Assembly: GCA_904063045.1 (NCBI GenBank)
Contig: CAJFCJ010000083.1
Coordinates: forward strand, 1 to 64,000
Direction of reading: 5' to 3'
Source: Dimorphilus gyrociliatus
Taxonomy: Eukaryota > Animalia > Annelida
DNA: 64,000 nt
The notes beneath the pieces were generated by a model. That model had not been told where the DNA came from and did not search any database. It was given only the letters and a program-made list of their open reading frames with translations. Every line of letters starts with the position of its first letter. The first letter of the stretch is position 1. The position numbers and the translations under genes are program-made. Positions 21,201 to 35,929 of the stretch are shown here, piece by piece.

Positions 21201-24200
21201 GTTTATGGTGTCCATATTTTCCTCTTGTTTACTTAATATATAAAAAATGTGTATATATATTAGGCCAATTAGATGGAGCAATATAATTGGAGGAAAAATA
21301 AAGCAATACATTGCCTGGTTTGAACAGTTTTGATATTCTACAATGAGAAAATGACAGAGAGTTTATTGATATTGGTAGAAAACAGTAAATTAATGAAAAC
21401 TTGCCACAATTGATTTCATCCAATCTGTTAATGCAATCATATACAAAATCACAAACAAATTGAAGAGGAATTGAGTGGTTGCTTTGACAAAAAAAGAGTT
21501 GAGATTGACTACAATTTTGTTCATCTTCACCATAAAAACAATCATTCAAGCCATCACACACATTTATCATATTAATACAAATATCATTTTTGTAACAGTT
21601 GAATAAATCTTTTCCACAACTTTTAAATTCTTTATTCTCTAATTCAAATGATAAAGAAATTCCAATGTCATCTTTTTAGTATGAAAATAAACAAAAAGAA
21701 AACAAGTTCATTTTTTTTCTATCATTTTTCTTTTTTAATATTTAATTCTAAATTTTACTGGCAGTTTTACAAAAGTTTTCATCAAGAAAATTTTGACCAC
21801 AGCCATATAGATAATCTGAACGAATGTTGTGATTTCTAGTTTTATCTTTCATATAAAAGCATCTGAGACTATTTTTAAGATGAATATTAATGTTAATGTT
21901 TGGGATTAAATATTTTTCTTGAAAACAGATTTCATAAAATCTAAAAAACAGAAAATATGTATTGTAAATTTTCTGGAATAATGGGAAGATTGCTGATTTA
22001 GAAATTTTAAAATTGGATTATATGGAATGCTCTAGAGATAAATTGAGATTTCAGTGATTTACTTTTGTAGATTATTAGTGTGATATCTTAAGGTAAAATG
22101 TAATTTAATTCTAAATAGATGTGTTCTTTTGTTCATTAATTAAAACTTTTTGGATGAAATACCTTGAAAATTGTTGTAATGTATAGCCATAAAATTCATA
22201 AGGTTTTCCATCATCATATACAAGAATTTCATGTTTATTTATATCTTTAATGACTTTCAGTTCTATAAAATTGAATGTTAGGAAATTATTGAGGAAATTA
22301 AAAATGTAAGAATATTATAGTTCCATTTACAAAATGTGTCATCAAATGAAGATTAGATTTAGATATTTTATTTAACTATTAATTTACATATTTTTTTTAA
22401 CTTTTAAATTTGAATCTGAGGTATGGCAAGTGCTTTTTTAATTTGATGACACTTTTAACTGTAACTTACTTCCAGGGATTAGTTTTCGAAATGTAAGAAT
22501 AAAATGATACTCAGGAGTTGTATGATATGCTAGAGATGCATTTATAGTATTACATTCATTTTGTGCCTGATTAATTGTTACTCTCTTAGGATAAATGAAA
22601 CGGGTGTAGCATGAACCCTGAAAGCTATATGTATTTGGCTTTAAACAGTTGGAATCTATGAGTTTAAAAAATGAAAATTTATATCTTGTAATTATTTAAC
22701 AAAATTAATATTGACTTGAATCATTACTACATTGTAATAAATAATCATAAAATAGCCTATGAAAATAAAGTAATTAAATATTAGATGATAACTTCTGACA
22801 TTTCACCTAACATCAAAGTCACCATTTTTTTCATTGAAACCCAAAGAATACCCACTCATCCCAATCCTCTAAATTAAAATGGCAACTTTGGTGGGAAATT
22901 GATGATAAAATGTCAGAAAATACCCAGAGTTTTCCTGTTTCATTGTAATGTTACACTCGGATAAAGTTGATAGAAATGGACAATTGAAAGAAAATCCTTT
23001 TCCATAATGTAAAGATAAAGTACGCTTTTTATCCTTAAGCGTACCACCTTCAAAGCCAAAGTATTTACAAATAATTGCCACCTCAAAACTTTTTAATAGA
23101 TGTTTAAGATGATATGATTTTCCTTGATAAAAAGCTAAGAGATAACCCTCAAACTTTTCAGCTCCTCTATGTTTTAACTGTGTTGTATTATGTAAAAAGC
23201 TAAATTCATTCACCAAAATAAAATCATAATCTGATATAATTTTTGAACTTGGGCTTGTTTGATTTAAATTAAAAACAGAAATTTTTTTACCTGAAGCATA
23301 AAAATCAAAACATCTAGGCAGAAATATTTCTGAAGGATCTTGAAAACTTCTTAAAGAGCATCCATATCTAATATTGCCATTGTTTTCACAATATGCAAAT
23401 ACTGGTCCTGTTCTTTTTTCCAAAGCATAACTTAATTGAGGGCATCCAGTTGTAGATTGCTTTTAATAACAGAATATTTAAAATTTATTTAACAAAGTTT
23501 GGCAGTTGACAATTCAAAAGTATTTTTAACTTACAGTTTTTTCCATTTTAAACTGTTTGAAATAAGAAGAATGTAAAAGTGGAAACTTTCCTTCCAGATT
23601 ACAAATTAACTCAATAGCTTCATAGTTGCCAATCCAATAAAAAAGTAATGGATAAAATCCAAATGTCTTTGATAATAGAAGATAACCAGTCAATTTGGGA
23701 AATTTTGCAGAAAACATATATTCTTTTTGAAAAGATGTCATTTTAACGAACTTAAAATCATAATCTATTGAAAAAAAATCTTTTTTCATTAATACAATTA
23801 AGAATGATTAAATGTTTGGATAAAGGACAGGTTTTTAACCCATGTTCTTTTTTAAATATAGCTGGGAAAAAACTCTAAAACCTAAGGGGCTTTCTCAGAC
23901 CTTTTTTAGGCTGATGGCTAAAATTAGGGTTGGAATAAACAAAATAATGATACATTTGTCAATGGATAAGTTTGGGATATTATGTCCTCATCTATTTTAA
24001 CTAGAAATTCGCTTAAAAGAGAAATGTAGAGGAGTGAGTGATTTGTATCTTTCATTCAACAATATCAAATCCGAATTACCATATAATTCATCTTGACTGC
24101 ATGCAACTGGCTCAATATTTTCACCACTAGTGCTGTTTTGAAAACTACTCCAGTCAAGTTTCATACCTTTATGATAATTTATCAAAAGCATTCTTATCTT

Positions 24201-25185
24201 ATTATTTCCATAAACATCACTTATGATTAGATTGTCATCTGTGAAAAATTCAATTGTCTTACAAATGTTGTGTTCACTTCTCGTGTTTTTTTTATTTAAA
24301 AGAAAATTTTCTTTATTAAATCTCATAATAATTCCATAGGTTGTTTTATATCTTCTATCTCTAGCTGTAAGTTGGTTGCTATATACAGCTAAAAAATCTA
24401 TGAATAATTCATTAAAAAATCCTTGGTCAAAATAACTCATTGATTACAAATAAAAACTCACAAATTGTTTGCAGTTTAAAACATTTTAAGCAAAATGAAC
24501 CTAGAAAAGATGGATTTTCTCTTAGTACTTGTCTAAAATAAAGGAAAGGAAATATTGAATATTTGCTTTCTGATATATTGAATTTTCCCTCACAAAAGAT
24601 ATTTCCCAGAAACTTTTTTTGGCATAAGTGATAGAAATTCTGTATTTTGCAAAATGTAATTATTCATTTTACATACAAATTTAACATTTGTAGGATGTTG
24701 AACAGAATGTCAGCCATTTTGAATTTTTACTTGTTTCTCATGTTTTGTTAGTAAGCTGAGGTTTAGCTTGAAAAAAAAGACTAAATACTGAAATATTGAA
24801 TTTTTACTTAATTTTTCTATTATGGGACATTTTGATTCAACCCCACAATCTTTTCAATACCATTTTTGGGCTCACAAACTTCAGCAACAAAATGATAATC
24901 ATCATATCCCAGCATTCTACAAAGTTTCTTATGCAATCTGTTACTAATTCCAAGACCATAAGCAAGATTATATATTTTACTTTCATTTTTAATTTTTAAA
25001 AATATTTTCCCATAAACAAATTTTTCATTTTCAATTAATGATTTCATATGATATGTAACATTGATTTCATCCAGATATTCATATAGGAAATATTCACCAT
25101 TTTCAAGATAATTACATCTACAATTCACAGTTGAAGTTATAATGAAGAAAATATAAAAAATTATATGTTTTTTGAAAATTTCCAT
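18232..25185 (-). CDS. Multi-exon GRL101-like GPCR, paralog A: signal-SRCR-like repeats-CTL-like-LDLa repeats-LRR-7TM
   Basis: Signal MEIFKKHIIFYIFFIITSTVNC; SRCR-like KLCRMLGYDD and AIICKYFGF; LDLa CDGLNDCFYGEDEQNC; LRRs; CEDLI, LSFADF, SLERY; TM7 NSVINPAVF. Exon boundaries are approximate. Confidence 0.85.
18552..21777. repeat. Left arm of a 3,226-bp inverted repeat
   Basis: Reverse complement of 28793-32018, including introns; very few differences seen (for example TTSNG vs TISNG). Confidence 0.93.
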
Positions 25186-25418
25186 CAATGAAAAATTTGT
25201 CAAGAAATGTATTGAATAGAATTATTTTAATTGAAGCTTAAAACAAATGAAGATATTTCCCGTACTTCTAATATTTTTATTCAGATTATCCTTTTCAAAT
25301 TGAAATTATTACACCTTTGCAATAATTATTTTACTCAGATTTCAAACTAGCCTTGTTCAAATTGCATAAAATTTAACCTGTTGTTTTTTATGTCTAATAC
25401 AACTCAACATTTCAAAAA

Positions 25419-27668
25419 ATGAATAAATTACAAATTTTTAAATTGATTGCAACTTTTCAACAATTTAAATTAGTAATTTCTGATTTACATAGTGGATGTC
25501 CTGCTTTGGATACAAATTTTGAGCGTGAATATTTATTGCATCCATATCTTGATGAAACAGATGTCAAATATTACATAAATCCAATTATTGAAAATGACAG
25601 ATTTGTATATGGTACCATTTTTTTAATACAAAATTTGACAAATAAAACTCATAAATTGGCTTTTGGCCTTGGCATTAATGACTATCAGCATAAAAAACTT
25701 TGTAGAATGTTGGGATATGATGATTTGCACTTTGTTGCTGAAGTTTGTGATCCAAAAAATGGTATTTTACTTTTCATTTACTTTTTATGGTAAATAATAA
25801 TAAATGAAAAAATAGACTTTTTATCATTGTTACCTACAAAATTGTTTGGAATGCACCTTTTGTAAGAAAAATTTAGCATTAATACTCTTTAAATATGACA
25901 TTATTTGAATAAATAAAACATTTTCAGGCAAGTTTTACAGCATAATGCTGCTTATCTTGGTTCATTTTGTTTAAAATGTTATAAACTGAAAACTATGTGT
26001 AAGTAGCTTTCTTTTATGGATGGAGCAGGGGCTGACAGAAAATATCCTTTATTGGAAAACTTGGATTTCGAAAAATTTTATGAATAAAGGAGTGATTATG
26101 AAGAAAGGGATGGGTCAAAGGTCAAGATAAAACTCTATAATTATTATCATTTTCTGTCCCTCCCTATTTCCATGCTTATATATCTCTAAATATTTTTGAT
26201 AAATTTACCATGTTTTTTTAAATTTTGTTAGATTTATTTGCTTTTTTAAATGAAACTTTTTCAATTAAAAAAACTTATAATATTTTAATGAGATTGAATA
26301 AAAAAAATTTTCTTGTATATAAAAAGAAATCAATGGAAAATTTCACTGAACTTTGTTCTAAAAGTGATTTTTTTATACTAAATACAGCAATTCTATATGG
26401 AAAACTTTTAATTCATTATGAAAAAGATATAGAAATTAATTGGAATATTTTTGAAAATATTACTGATCATGATAAAGATTATGAACAAATTCATTGTTCT
26501 CACAAAGATTTAAATGGTATTGATATATGTTAAGATGGGAATCAATCCATTTACAAAATATAACCAAACATAAAATCAATGAAAATTTAGATTGTTTTGA
26601 TATGTTTTAGTTTAGGGTTAGGAAAATTAAAAAAATACAGATTTTATACTCTACAGGATAGTTAATTTGTTAATATACTAATTTTAAACAAATCTGTTAA
26701 ATATTTTAAAATTAGTTAAAAAATAATTTAAATTTCATTTTTTATTTGTTAAATTACAAAATTGTATTTTTTTTTTATTGATACATACTGTTTATTTATT
26801 CTGCAGATACAAGTTTAGTGAAAATGTCATTATTTTACAAAAAATACCTGTTTAATAAAATTAATGTTAATATGACTACATATTTAATTTTATCTAAGAC
26901 ATTTGGACTGCTTCCGTTAGTTTTTAATGATGTTGACAAATTTCTTGTTATGAAATTAATATGTCTCATTGAGAAAAAAGTTCACATACCACTTGTTAAA
27001 TTTAATCCAATGTTAGAACAAGTAGAGTTATTAAAGAGATTGCCCTATCATTCTTATTGTCCATCACTAAGCTATTCATGGGAAATGAGACTGGGACTAA
27101 TGTTTACCAAATGTAAATGGACTGAAGATTTATTTAGTGGATGCCTTCAAGAAGAATTTGTTAGGGGATATCTCTATTATGCTAATTGTATTGATGATAA
27201 AGTTGCTGGTAAGGCATAAATAGTGTTAGGTTTTAGTAATTAGTAAAACATCAGTTATTTCTTTTTAGAAAATGATTTTCTTTTACTTAATGCTAAAAAT
27301 TTTATGTTAAAAGCAACAAATGGATCAAAAAACCTATCTGAAGAATTTACAGGTTTTCTTCTATTATATTATCAAACGCAATGGTATTACATTAAGCCAA
27401 AAAAACTAAAAAGTTTTGAGGTACTCAGTATATGTAAACATTTTGGATTTAAGAGTGGCACATTAAAACTCACAAATAAAGACAGTACTCTTAAGGACCT
27501 CTTTACCTTTTTATTAAATTGTCCAAATCCATCAAATTTATCACAATGTAGAATTACTATTGAAAAATTTGGGAAATATGTGTAAGGTTATGATAATATT
27601 TTGTTCTGGTTCACAAAAATGGCAGCAATTTTTTACTGAATATTGGATAAAAAGAGTAGGATTCAACC

Positions 27669-27703
<35 letters not shown>

Positions 27704-30700
27704 TAGAACCAGAACAAATATACAAAACATTGTTAATGATAACAATTGCTAAAATATATCTGTATTTCTATTTTTCCTACATTAGATACAGTGAGGATCG
27801 ACTCCATTATGCTTTTGTGCATTGCAATAATAAATTAAGTAATTAACAAAACAAGAAATTATAATACACTCTGCCATTTTTGTATTCATTTAAGATTTTA
27901 AATGTTCAAAAGCAAATGTATATCACTATGAAAATAATTGTTATTTACAAATTAAACATGCTAAAAGAGTATCAGTTGATGAAGCATCAAAACAATGTCA
28001 AATGAGAAATCTTTCTATATTTTATACATCCAATAAAGAATATCACTTGTTATCATCAATCACTGAGGGAACAGGAATGGATATAACCAAATCCAAAAGG
28101 ACTATTCCAGGAAGTATCTATATTTGATACTATCTCTCTAAAAGCAATACCACATTACAAAAAACTTTTATTTTCCTTAGAGTTAAAAATTGTTGAAGAT
28201 GTCAATAAACGTGGAATACTTGTACATGATGACAAAAAACCATATGAGTTTTATGGATTTACATTTTCAATACATACAAAGTAAAATAAAAGATTAAAAA
28301 TTAAGCAAGCAATTGTCAATCTTATGATTTGACTTTAATTCAAAAATTCAAAATATATGATTACAAATGCAAAGAATCTTGGGTTAAATCATGCCTTATT
28401 TAAAAAATATTCACTTGAATTAAGTTTTCCCTTTTCTATATAAATCATAATTCAACATACACTACTCTGGTTTAAAACAAACTGTAAAAAACTACAAACC
28501 AATACAATTAATATAATTAAAAAAATACCAGAAGCATGATATAATCCAACAGTGATCTAAATCAATCCAGGTACAAATTATATGCCATCTAATTCTTTTC
28601 CTTTTTCCCAGTTTCTTTAAAGAGTGTGAAAATCTATATGGATCAGCAAATCATGATAACAATTTTCACAAAAAAACTGAACCTAAATGCCTAATTTATG
28701 AAAAGTCCTTCTTGGAATCCTTTACTTATCATTTTAAAGAAATCATATATACCGTGGCTCCAGTGTCCTGCACTGACAAACTATTTGTAGATAACTTTTG
28801 TAAAATTGCCAGTAAAATTTAGAATTAAATATTAAAAAAGAAAAATGTCAGAAAAAAAATGAACTTGTTTTCTTTTTGTTTATTTTCATACTAAAAAGAT
28901 GACATTGGAATTTCTTTATCATTTGAATTAGAGAATAAAGAATTTAAAAGTTGTGGAAAAGATTTGTTCAACTGTTACAAAAATGATATTTGTATTAATA
29001 TGATAAATGTGTGTGATGGCTTGAATGATTGTTTTTATGGTGAAGATGAACAAAATTGTAGTCAATCTCAACTCTTTTTTTGTCAAAGCAACCACTCAAT
29101 TCCTCTTCAATTTGTTTGTGATTTTGTATATGATTGCATTAACAGATTGGATGAAATCAATTGTGGCAAGTTTTCATTAATTTACTGTTTTCTACCAATA
29201 TCAATAAACTCTCTGTCATTTTCTCATTGTAGAATATCAAAACTGTTCAAACCAGGCAATGTATTGCTTTATTTTTCCTCCAATTATATTGCTCCATCTA
29301 ATTGGCCTAATATATATACACATTTTTTATATATTAAGTAAACAAGAGGAAAATATGGACACCATAAACTTTGATAGGCCAACATTTAATTATTGATTAA
29401 AAATGTTCCATCAAAAGTAAAGAAAAAAGCCTTTTCAAAAAACAGCATCAAGCTAAATGTTTGTTTAGAAAAGAGCTCTAACCTGAGGCTTTTTAGGAAA
29501 AAAAGACCAATTCCAAAATATCATTAATGGAATGTTGTTAAAAACACTCACAGTGGTTTTACTTTAACCCAGCCCGTAAAACCACTTTTAAGGATTTCAT
29601 TGTACCCTACTCTTAGTTAGTAACCCATTCCCAACCCAAAATCTAACCTCAAAGACAAATCAAAGTGGCCATTTTAAACAGACTCCAACACAATGCATTT
29701 TTAACAGAAAGAAAGCAACAGCATATTTTCCTCAAAGCACAAATTAAGTAAAATTATAAAAACATTGTTTGGCCAATTAAAACAAGTTATACTTGCTGCT
29801 TTTTCAAAATGTCTTATTCAATTAGGTGTGACAATAAACAATGTATCAATGAAAAGAGTATTTGTGATGATGAGAAAAATTGTCATGATGAAAGTGATGA
29901 AAAATGTAGTATGGAAAATCAACTATTTACTCAACAAGGTAAACAAAACAATGTATTCAATAATTCAAACTCTGCAAACTATTCATGTCAATTTTTGACA
30001 GATTGTGATAAATACAATAAATTTGAATGTGATAATAAATGCTTTACAAAAGATAAACTATGCAATAAACAAATGAACTGTGTCAATGGCAATGATGAGA
30101 AATATGATTTCTGCGACAAATTTAATGTTACTTTGCAAAATATGTGCTCAAGATTGGAAAAAAGGCAAAACTGTGAAGTTGTTTATACATCAATGGGAAA
30201 ACTTTTAACAAAAGTTCACTTTCCATTTTCTAATTTAATGTCATGCGATAGAAAGTTTTGTAATAGAGGACAATATCTTTGTCAATATGCTGCATACTGT
30301 ATATCAATTAAACAGGTTTGTGATGGAATTGTTCACTGTACTCACTATGATGATGAACAGCACTGTGGTATGTCATAAAGGCAATCTGTGAAAAAATAAC
30401 CTTGCAATCAATTAATAAAATGCAGATGATTTTAGGCCAAGAGGATATTTTAAATGTAGACAACAGTTTTTGTACATTATGCTCAATGAAGTGTGTAATG
30501 GAATAATTGATTGTCTAAAAGGAAGTGATGAACTTTATTGTCATCTGAACAGAAGTAGTTCAGAGAATTGTCACGTGATTAATTTCCACACAATCCATTG
30601 TTCATTCCACCAAGCATACTTTGAAAAGAATCTGTTAGACAGCTATAAATCAACTCATATTACAATAGATGACCACTCTTCCATGAATACTGTCATTTTT

Positions 30701-32499
30701 TCAATAGTGTCTCTGTCAATCCATGATTGTTCTATTAAAAACTTGGCAATTTCTAAAATATTTCCAAATGTTGCTTTTCTCTCAATCACCAACTTTCAGT
30801 TGCTAAATGTGTCAGCAAACTTAGGAAATTCTTTAAAGAATTTACAAATGTTAACAATTTCTAATGGCAGAATAAACATTGATCCTAAAAGCAGATTGCT
30901 TAACACCATCAATCTCAAGACAATTAACTTTTCGTCGACAGATATTTCATATTTGAGTGATAATTTTTTGATGGATTCCACAAATCTTACTGAATTAATC
31001 ATTGATGAATCACATATCATTTACTTCAGTCGGAATGTATTCAGACACATAATACTTTTGAGAAAATTGAGTTTAAAAGACACTGAAATCTCATTAAAAG
31101 GTGTTAATACACTGCTGAAACCAACAAAGATGCTGGAAGAATTGAACAGCAACTATTTTTCATTGTGTTGTTTTGCTTGGAGATACTCAAAGAAGGTTAA
31201 GAGCTGCAATCCATCCAGTGCAATATTTAATTCTTGCGAAGATCTCATAGAATCAAAAGCTACAAAGTCAACACTTTGGATATTGGGAAGTATGGCATTT
31301 GTAGAAAATTTGACTACAGTGTTGTTTAGAGTAGTGTTTAAAAGCAATAAGAATCAAAGAACTAATCTCTTTCATCTTAGTCTTTCTTTTGCTGATTTTT
31401 GCACTTCATGCTATTTAATATTGATAGCTGGCATTACTGAATATTTCAAAGGTACTTATATTGAACATGACTATGAATGGAGAAATAGCATCTACTGTAA
31501 AGTCATTGGATGGTTTTGCAGTTGGTCAATTCTGGTGTCTATTTTTAGTATATTGCTGATTTCATTAGAGAGATATTTTTCTATAACAAAACCAATGAAA
31601 CAAGTTCTCACTCCTTACAAATCCAAAATTTTAGTTGTTTTGAATTTTCTAACAGCTTCACTGATATCTTCACTTCCTTTTGTGTTATATCCTGTGAGTA
31701 GTACCTCCATTTCCCATGCTAGTAATGACTGTTGATGAAAAGTAAATTAACAACTTAGATGTATCATTCAAATAGTCCAGTTTGCTTTACAATACATATA
31801 ACTAGTGTTGAATTGGAAGGTTGGCAGTTTTCATTTGTAATTTTTGGATTATTAATAACATCAATATGTTTATTCATCATTTTTTTATACTTTGCCATTT
31901 GGAAACATACTTTAATGTCCAAAAAGTTTATGTTTGATGATAAATTTCAAAAACGGCAAATTACTTTGAAATTGAATGTTCTTTTAATTGTTTCAACCAA
32001 TTTGCTTTGTTGGTTTCCAGTATCTTTTTTAGGTAAATGTTTAAAAATTTTAATAGTTTGTATAGTGTAGGGAAAGCAGGAATTTTTTGAAATTATCAAT
32101 AGTTTTTGCTGTTGGTAAAATCAGAGTATAGATTTTTTAGAAGTATTTGATGAATAGTTAGAAACATAGGTCATTGTGTAGATTAAATTAGTGTGTTTTT
32201 ATTAATTAGTTGTAAATCTGTAGGTGTTTAGTTTTTATGTTAACCCTGATGGTAAAAGAATTGAATTTAGATGGATAAAGTTTAGAAATTAGTTTCTTTT
32301 AATCAGGACACTTTTTTTCTTTTTTTTTACAGGAATATACTCCACATTCTTCAAATTATTGTTAAAAAGGGACATATATACAGCAATTATTTTTATTATT
32401 CTACCTCTTAATTCTGTTATTAACCCTTTAATCTATACCTTTAGAGATATAAGATTACTTATTATTAAGAGACAAGCAGATAAAAAGGGAAAATTGTAA
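25419..32499 (+). CDS. Multi-exon GRL101-like GPCR, paralog B (head-to-head with A)
   Basis: Same domain order; CTL-like exon near 27.9 kb; last exon 32333-32499 reads GIYSTFF...LPLNSVINPLIYTFRDIR...KGKL*. Start codon uncertain. Confidence 0.87.
27674..27700. repeat. (TC)n microsatellite (others near 35730, 38650, 50440)
   Basis: Direct observation. Confidence 0.9.
28793..32018. repeat. Right arm of the 3,226-bp inverted repeat
   Basis: Identity begins at AACTTTTGTAAAA and ends at GGTTTCC; the arms are centred on ~25285. Confidence 0.93.
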
Positions 32500-33374
32500 A
32501 TGTTATTTAAAATTGTTTTTAGATAAGGGAGAAAAAAATCTATTGCTTTGTCCATTTTTTTCTTCCAATCAGCTCTTTTCTTTATATTTCATCATAAAAT
32601 TCCATTTTTTTGAAAGTTTTCTTTTATTATAGAGACATACATATTTGTAAAATGGCTGACAAAGAATTTTCAAAATGTAAAAGTCTAATATTTTAGTAAA
32701 TTGAAATATCAACAAAAAAAAATATTAATTTTTTTCTTTGTTTTTGTGATTAGTTTTTGAATTTTTGAAATCAGAGGAAAATTTTTTAACATTTAATAAT
32801 CTGTCATGCATAAATAAATTTAGAAATGTACCTGGTTTTTATGCAATTAAAAATATCTTTAAAATTATTAAGGATATAATATCTTTGTTAAAAAGGAGTC
32901 ATAAATGTGGAATGTCTTTTAATGGTTTAATAGACCATCAAACTATTTATACATTTGTGAGTATATTAATAAAGAATTATGAAAAGTATCAGATATTTAA
33001 ACTCTATTACAATATTTAACAAGACAAAAGAACATACTAAAATGTATATTGTCTCATCCAATAATTTGATAATATCAAATAAAGATAATATGGCCAATGA
33101 TATTCAGGCATGTGGTTTTTTAATCAAGAAAATCTTACAACACAGAACAATTCTTTTAAGAAGATTAACAAAGTTTACATATCATCTCAATACAAAATAA
33201 TATCTGTATGTTATCTTTCTAAAGATATTATTAGAAATAAACCTAATAATTTAAATTTGAAATGTAAATTAGCATCAATAAAGCTGAAAAGTTGCAAACA
33301 TATAGGCCCTTTGTTTAATTGGGAAGAGTGTTAATTGACTCATACCAATAGCCATAATCAACAAAATTTAAAAT

Positions 33375-35335
33375 TTACACTGATGACACATAAAATATTG
33401 CCAATGATGACAACTTGTAACCACCACTATAAACGCCGTGTGACGTCAATAAGTATAGATTATCATTTTTTCTCAAATTTAATAAACCTGTTCTGCTCAT
33501 ACTTTCATATCCTAGACGTCTTCTACGTCTGCGCATGCCCAATCTTTGTTCATTATTGACCATAATGAAAACTGATGATACTGAATTGGCCATTGTTCCA
33601 ATAGAAACATCAATATAGTATACACCACTCACAGCAACTTTATAGACACTCTCTGTAGAATTCCATCCTGAATTTGTATCTAGAACAACACGCTGATATT
33701 TAATTCTTTCAAGATTAGCTGTTGGAGGTTTACTGCTTGTGCTATAGGCATAAAATGCAGGAGTTTCAATTGTTGCATTCAATCTAAATCCTGATATATA
33801 TGTATATAGAGCTGTTGAAACAGAAATTCCACGAATTAGCTTCAATGATAATCTATCATTTTCATTCAAATGAACAATTACTCCTCTAGATGCTTGAGTA
33901 TGTCTAGTATTATCATGATTTCTTGCAACAACTTTTTCAAAATCTATAGAAATGTCATTTATTGTTAAAGATACATGACAAACATCTGGTGAAAAACCAG
34001 TTCCAAAATTAATATAATACCATCCTTTGGATGAAACTGTTAATTGATTTTTATCAGCATTCAATGATGCACCCCTTAAAGATACAACTACTGGTAAAGA
34101 TATTAGAGATCCTTCTTGTTGATTTCTTGAATTTGTGCCAACAAAAAATGCATTATCCGATCCTACAAAAAAACCACACCAAGATGTCTCAGAGCCACGG
34201 CTGGAGCTTACAGCAGAAGAATTGGAATTTTTTATCTCGATATAAGGCTTAGAAAGAGGTGTTAAAGAATATATTCCAGATCTACTAAAAGTATCTCTGT
34301 AATAACTGAAAAATTGATGGAGGCCTACATCAACACCTACATTGCTAGTATGCATTGATATCGAGCGAACTCGACTACTTTCACTTGCAGTAGCTGTTGA
34401 TGAAAGAAAATATAAACCAGAATTTCTTATATTTAAAGAGTTTGTAACAGCATTAAACAAATCGCCATTATCATGATTTATTCTATGCCATCTAAGTTTT
34501 CCAATATAAATAGATACACTTCCACTTAGAGATACCATAAATGCAGGATTTTTATTTAGGTCACAGGAGGGATTTAAACATACTTCAAATTCAATTGAAT
34601 TTCCTGGGCATGCAGCTCCTCCATTGGATGGTGGAGGGTTTGTACAATTTCTTGTACGACTCTTTAAACCATCTCCACAATGAGGTTCACATTCACCCCA
34701 TTCCGACCATTTTGACCATCCTCCTGCAATTGGACATTTAGATTCTGCAAGGGTAACGCATAGTTTCGTTGTACAGTCACGAACATTCAATGACGGACTG
34801 AAGAAATAGCCTGTTGGACACTGTTGAGGCCAAGTAACACCATTATGGCAATGATAGTACTGTCTACAATCATTACTATTGGGGAATGTACCATCTGGCA
34901 TATTTTCACAGTCATTGCTTTTAATGTAGCAAGATTGTTTGAATGCATTTACAGTAATATCATCTTTTGAACATTCTTTAGCGTTAGCCTGGCTAATAAT
35001 CATTGATGAATTTCCTCCTGGACAATCAGCAACATGTGGTTCAACACATAGACTATACAGACAGTTTTTTGAAGAGATGGTAAATAATAGTCCAGGAGGG
35101 CATTGCTGAGGATGGGCTATACCATCAATACAATGATAGTAAATACCACAGTAATCGGGGTCAGCATAGGCACCATCAATTGGGTTTAGGTCAGCATCAC
35201 GTGGACAAAAAAATTCACAATTGGTCAATTGAACAATTGACAATACTGTAAATGAGGGAAAAGAAAACAATAGAAAATATTTTATTTCAAATAAACCAAA
35301 GTCTTACTTTGAAAAAATGTTGTTAAAAGTTTCAT
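33375..35335 (-). CDS. Secreted protein: 2 chitin-binding (CBM14/peritrophin-A) + TSP1 + 3 tandem C1q-like domains
   Basis: Exon 1 (35308-35335) and a 62-bp GT-AG intron give the signal MKLLTTFFQILSIVQLTNC. DGAYADPDYCGIYYHC...CPPGLLF; WSKWSEWGECEPHCGDGLKSRTRNC; three AF...G.Y[FY] C1q-like units. Confidence 0.88.
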
Positions 35336-35929
35336 CTCTCCTCTTCCAATGTTGAAAAGAAATGAAGACATTTTTGGATTATATAGGAAATATATTATCA
35401 CTTTTTATCATCTGACATAACCTTTATCATATACGTCACGTTATTTGTTACTTGACTTCAAAAAGATAATTAACAAATATTCAACTTTTAAATCCTCAAG
35501 GACTATAATTTTTACATAATGCAACAATGAAACCCAAAGTCACCTTTCTTCCTTTTAATAAACTAAGTTTTATTATTATGTTTTAATAATAATCTACATT
35601 AAATTTGCAATACACTTTCACCATTTAATCTTATTGATTTTCACAGATAATTTTTATCACACAAAACATTTTTTAGGCCAAAGTTCAGAAAATAAGAACA
35701 ATTTTTTATTTATTTGTCCTATCTTTTTAGAGAGAGAGAGAGAGGCAGTGTTGATGTTCTACACCAATTAGAGAGTTAGATGAGAATTTTTCAAAAAATG
35801 GGGAAATATCAACAATAGAAAAAATTCACAGTAGAAGAGGTGGAAACAAAAACATCCTACAAATAAGCAATAATAAAAATAATAAGAATATAGTCCAAAA
35901 CAGTTTTATTAATTAACATTGTTTATTAT

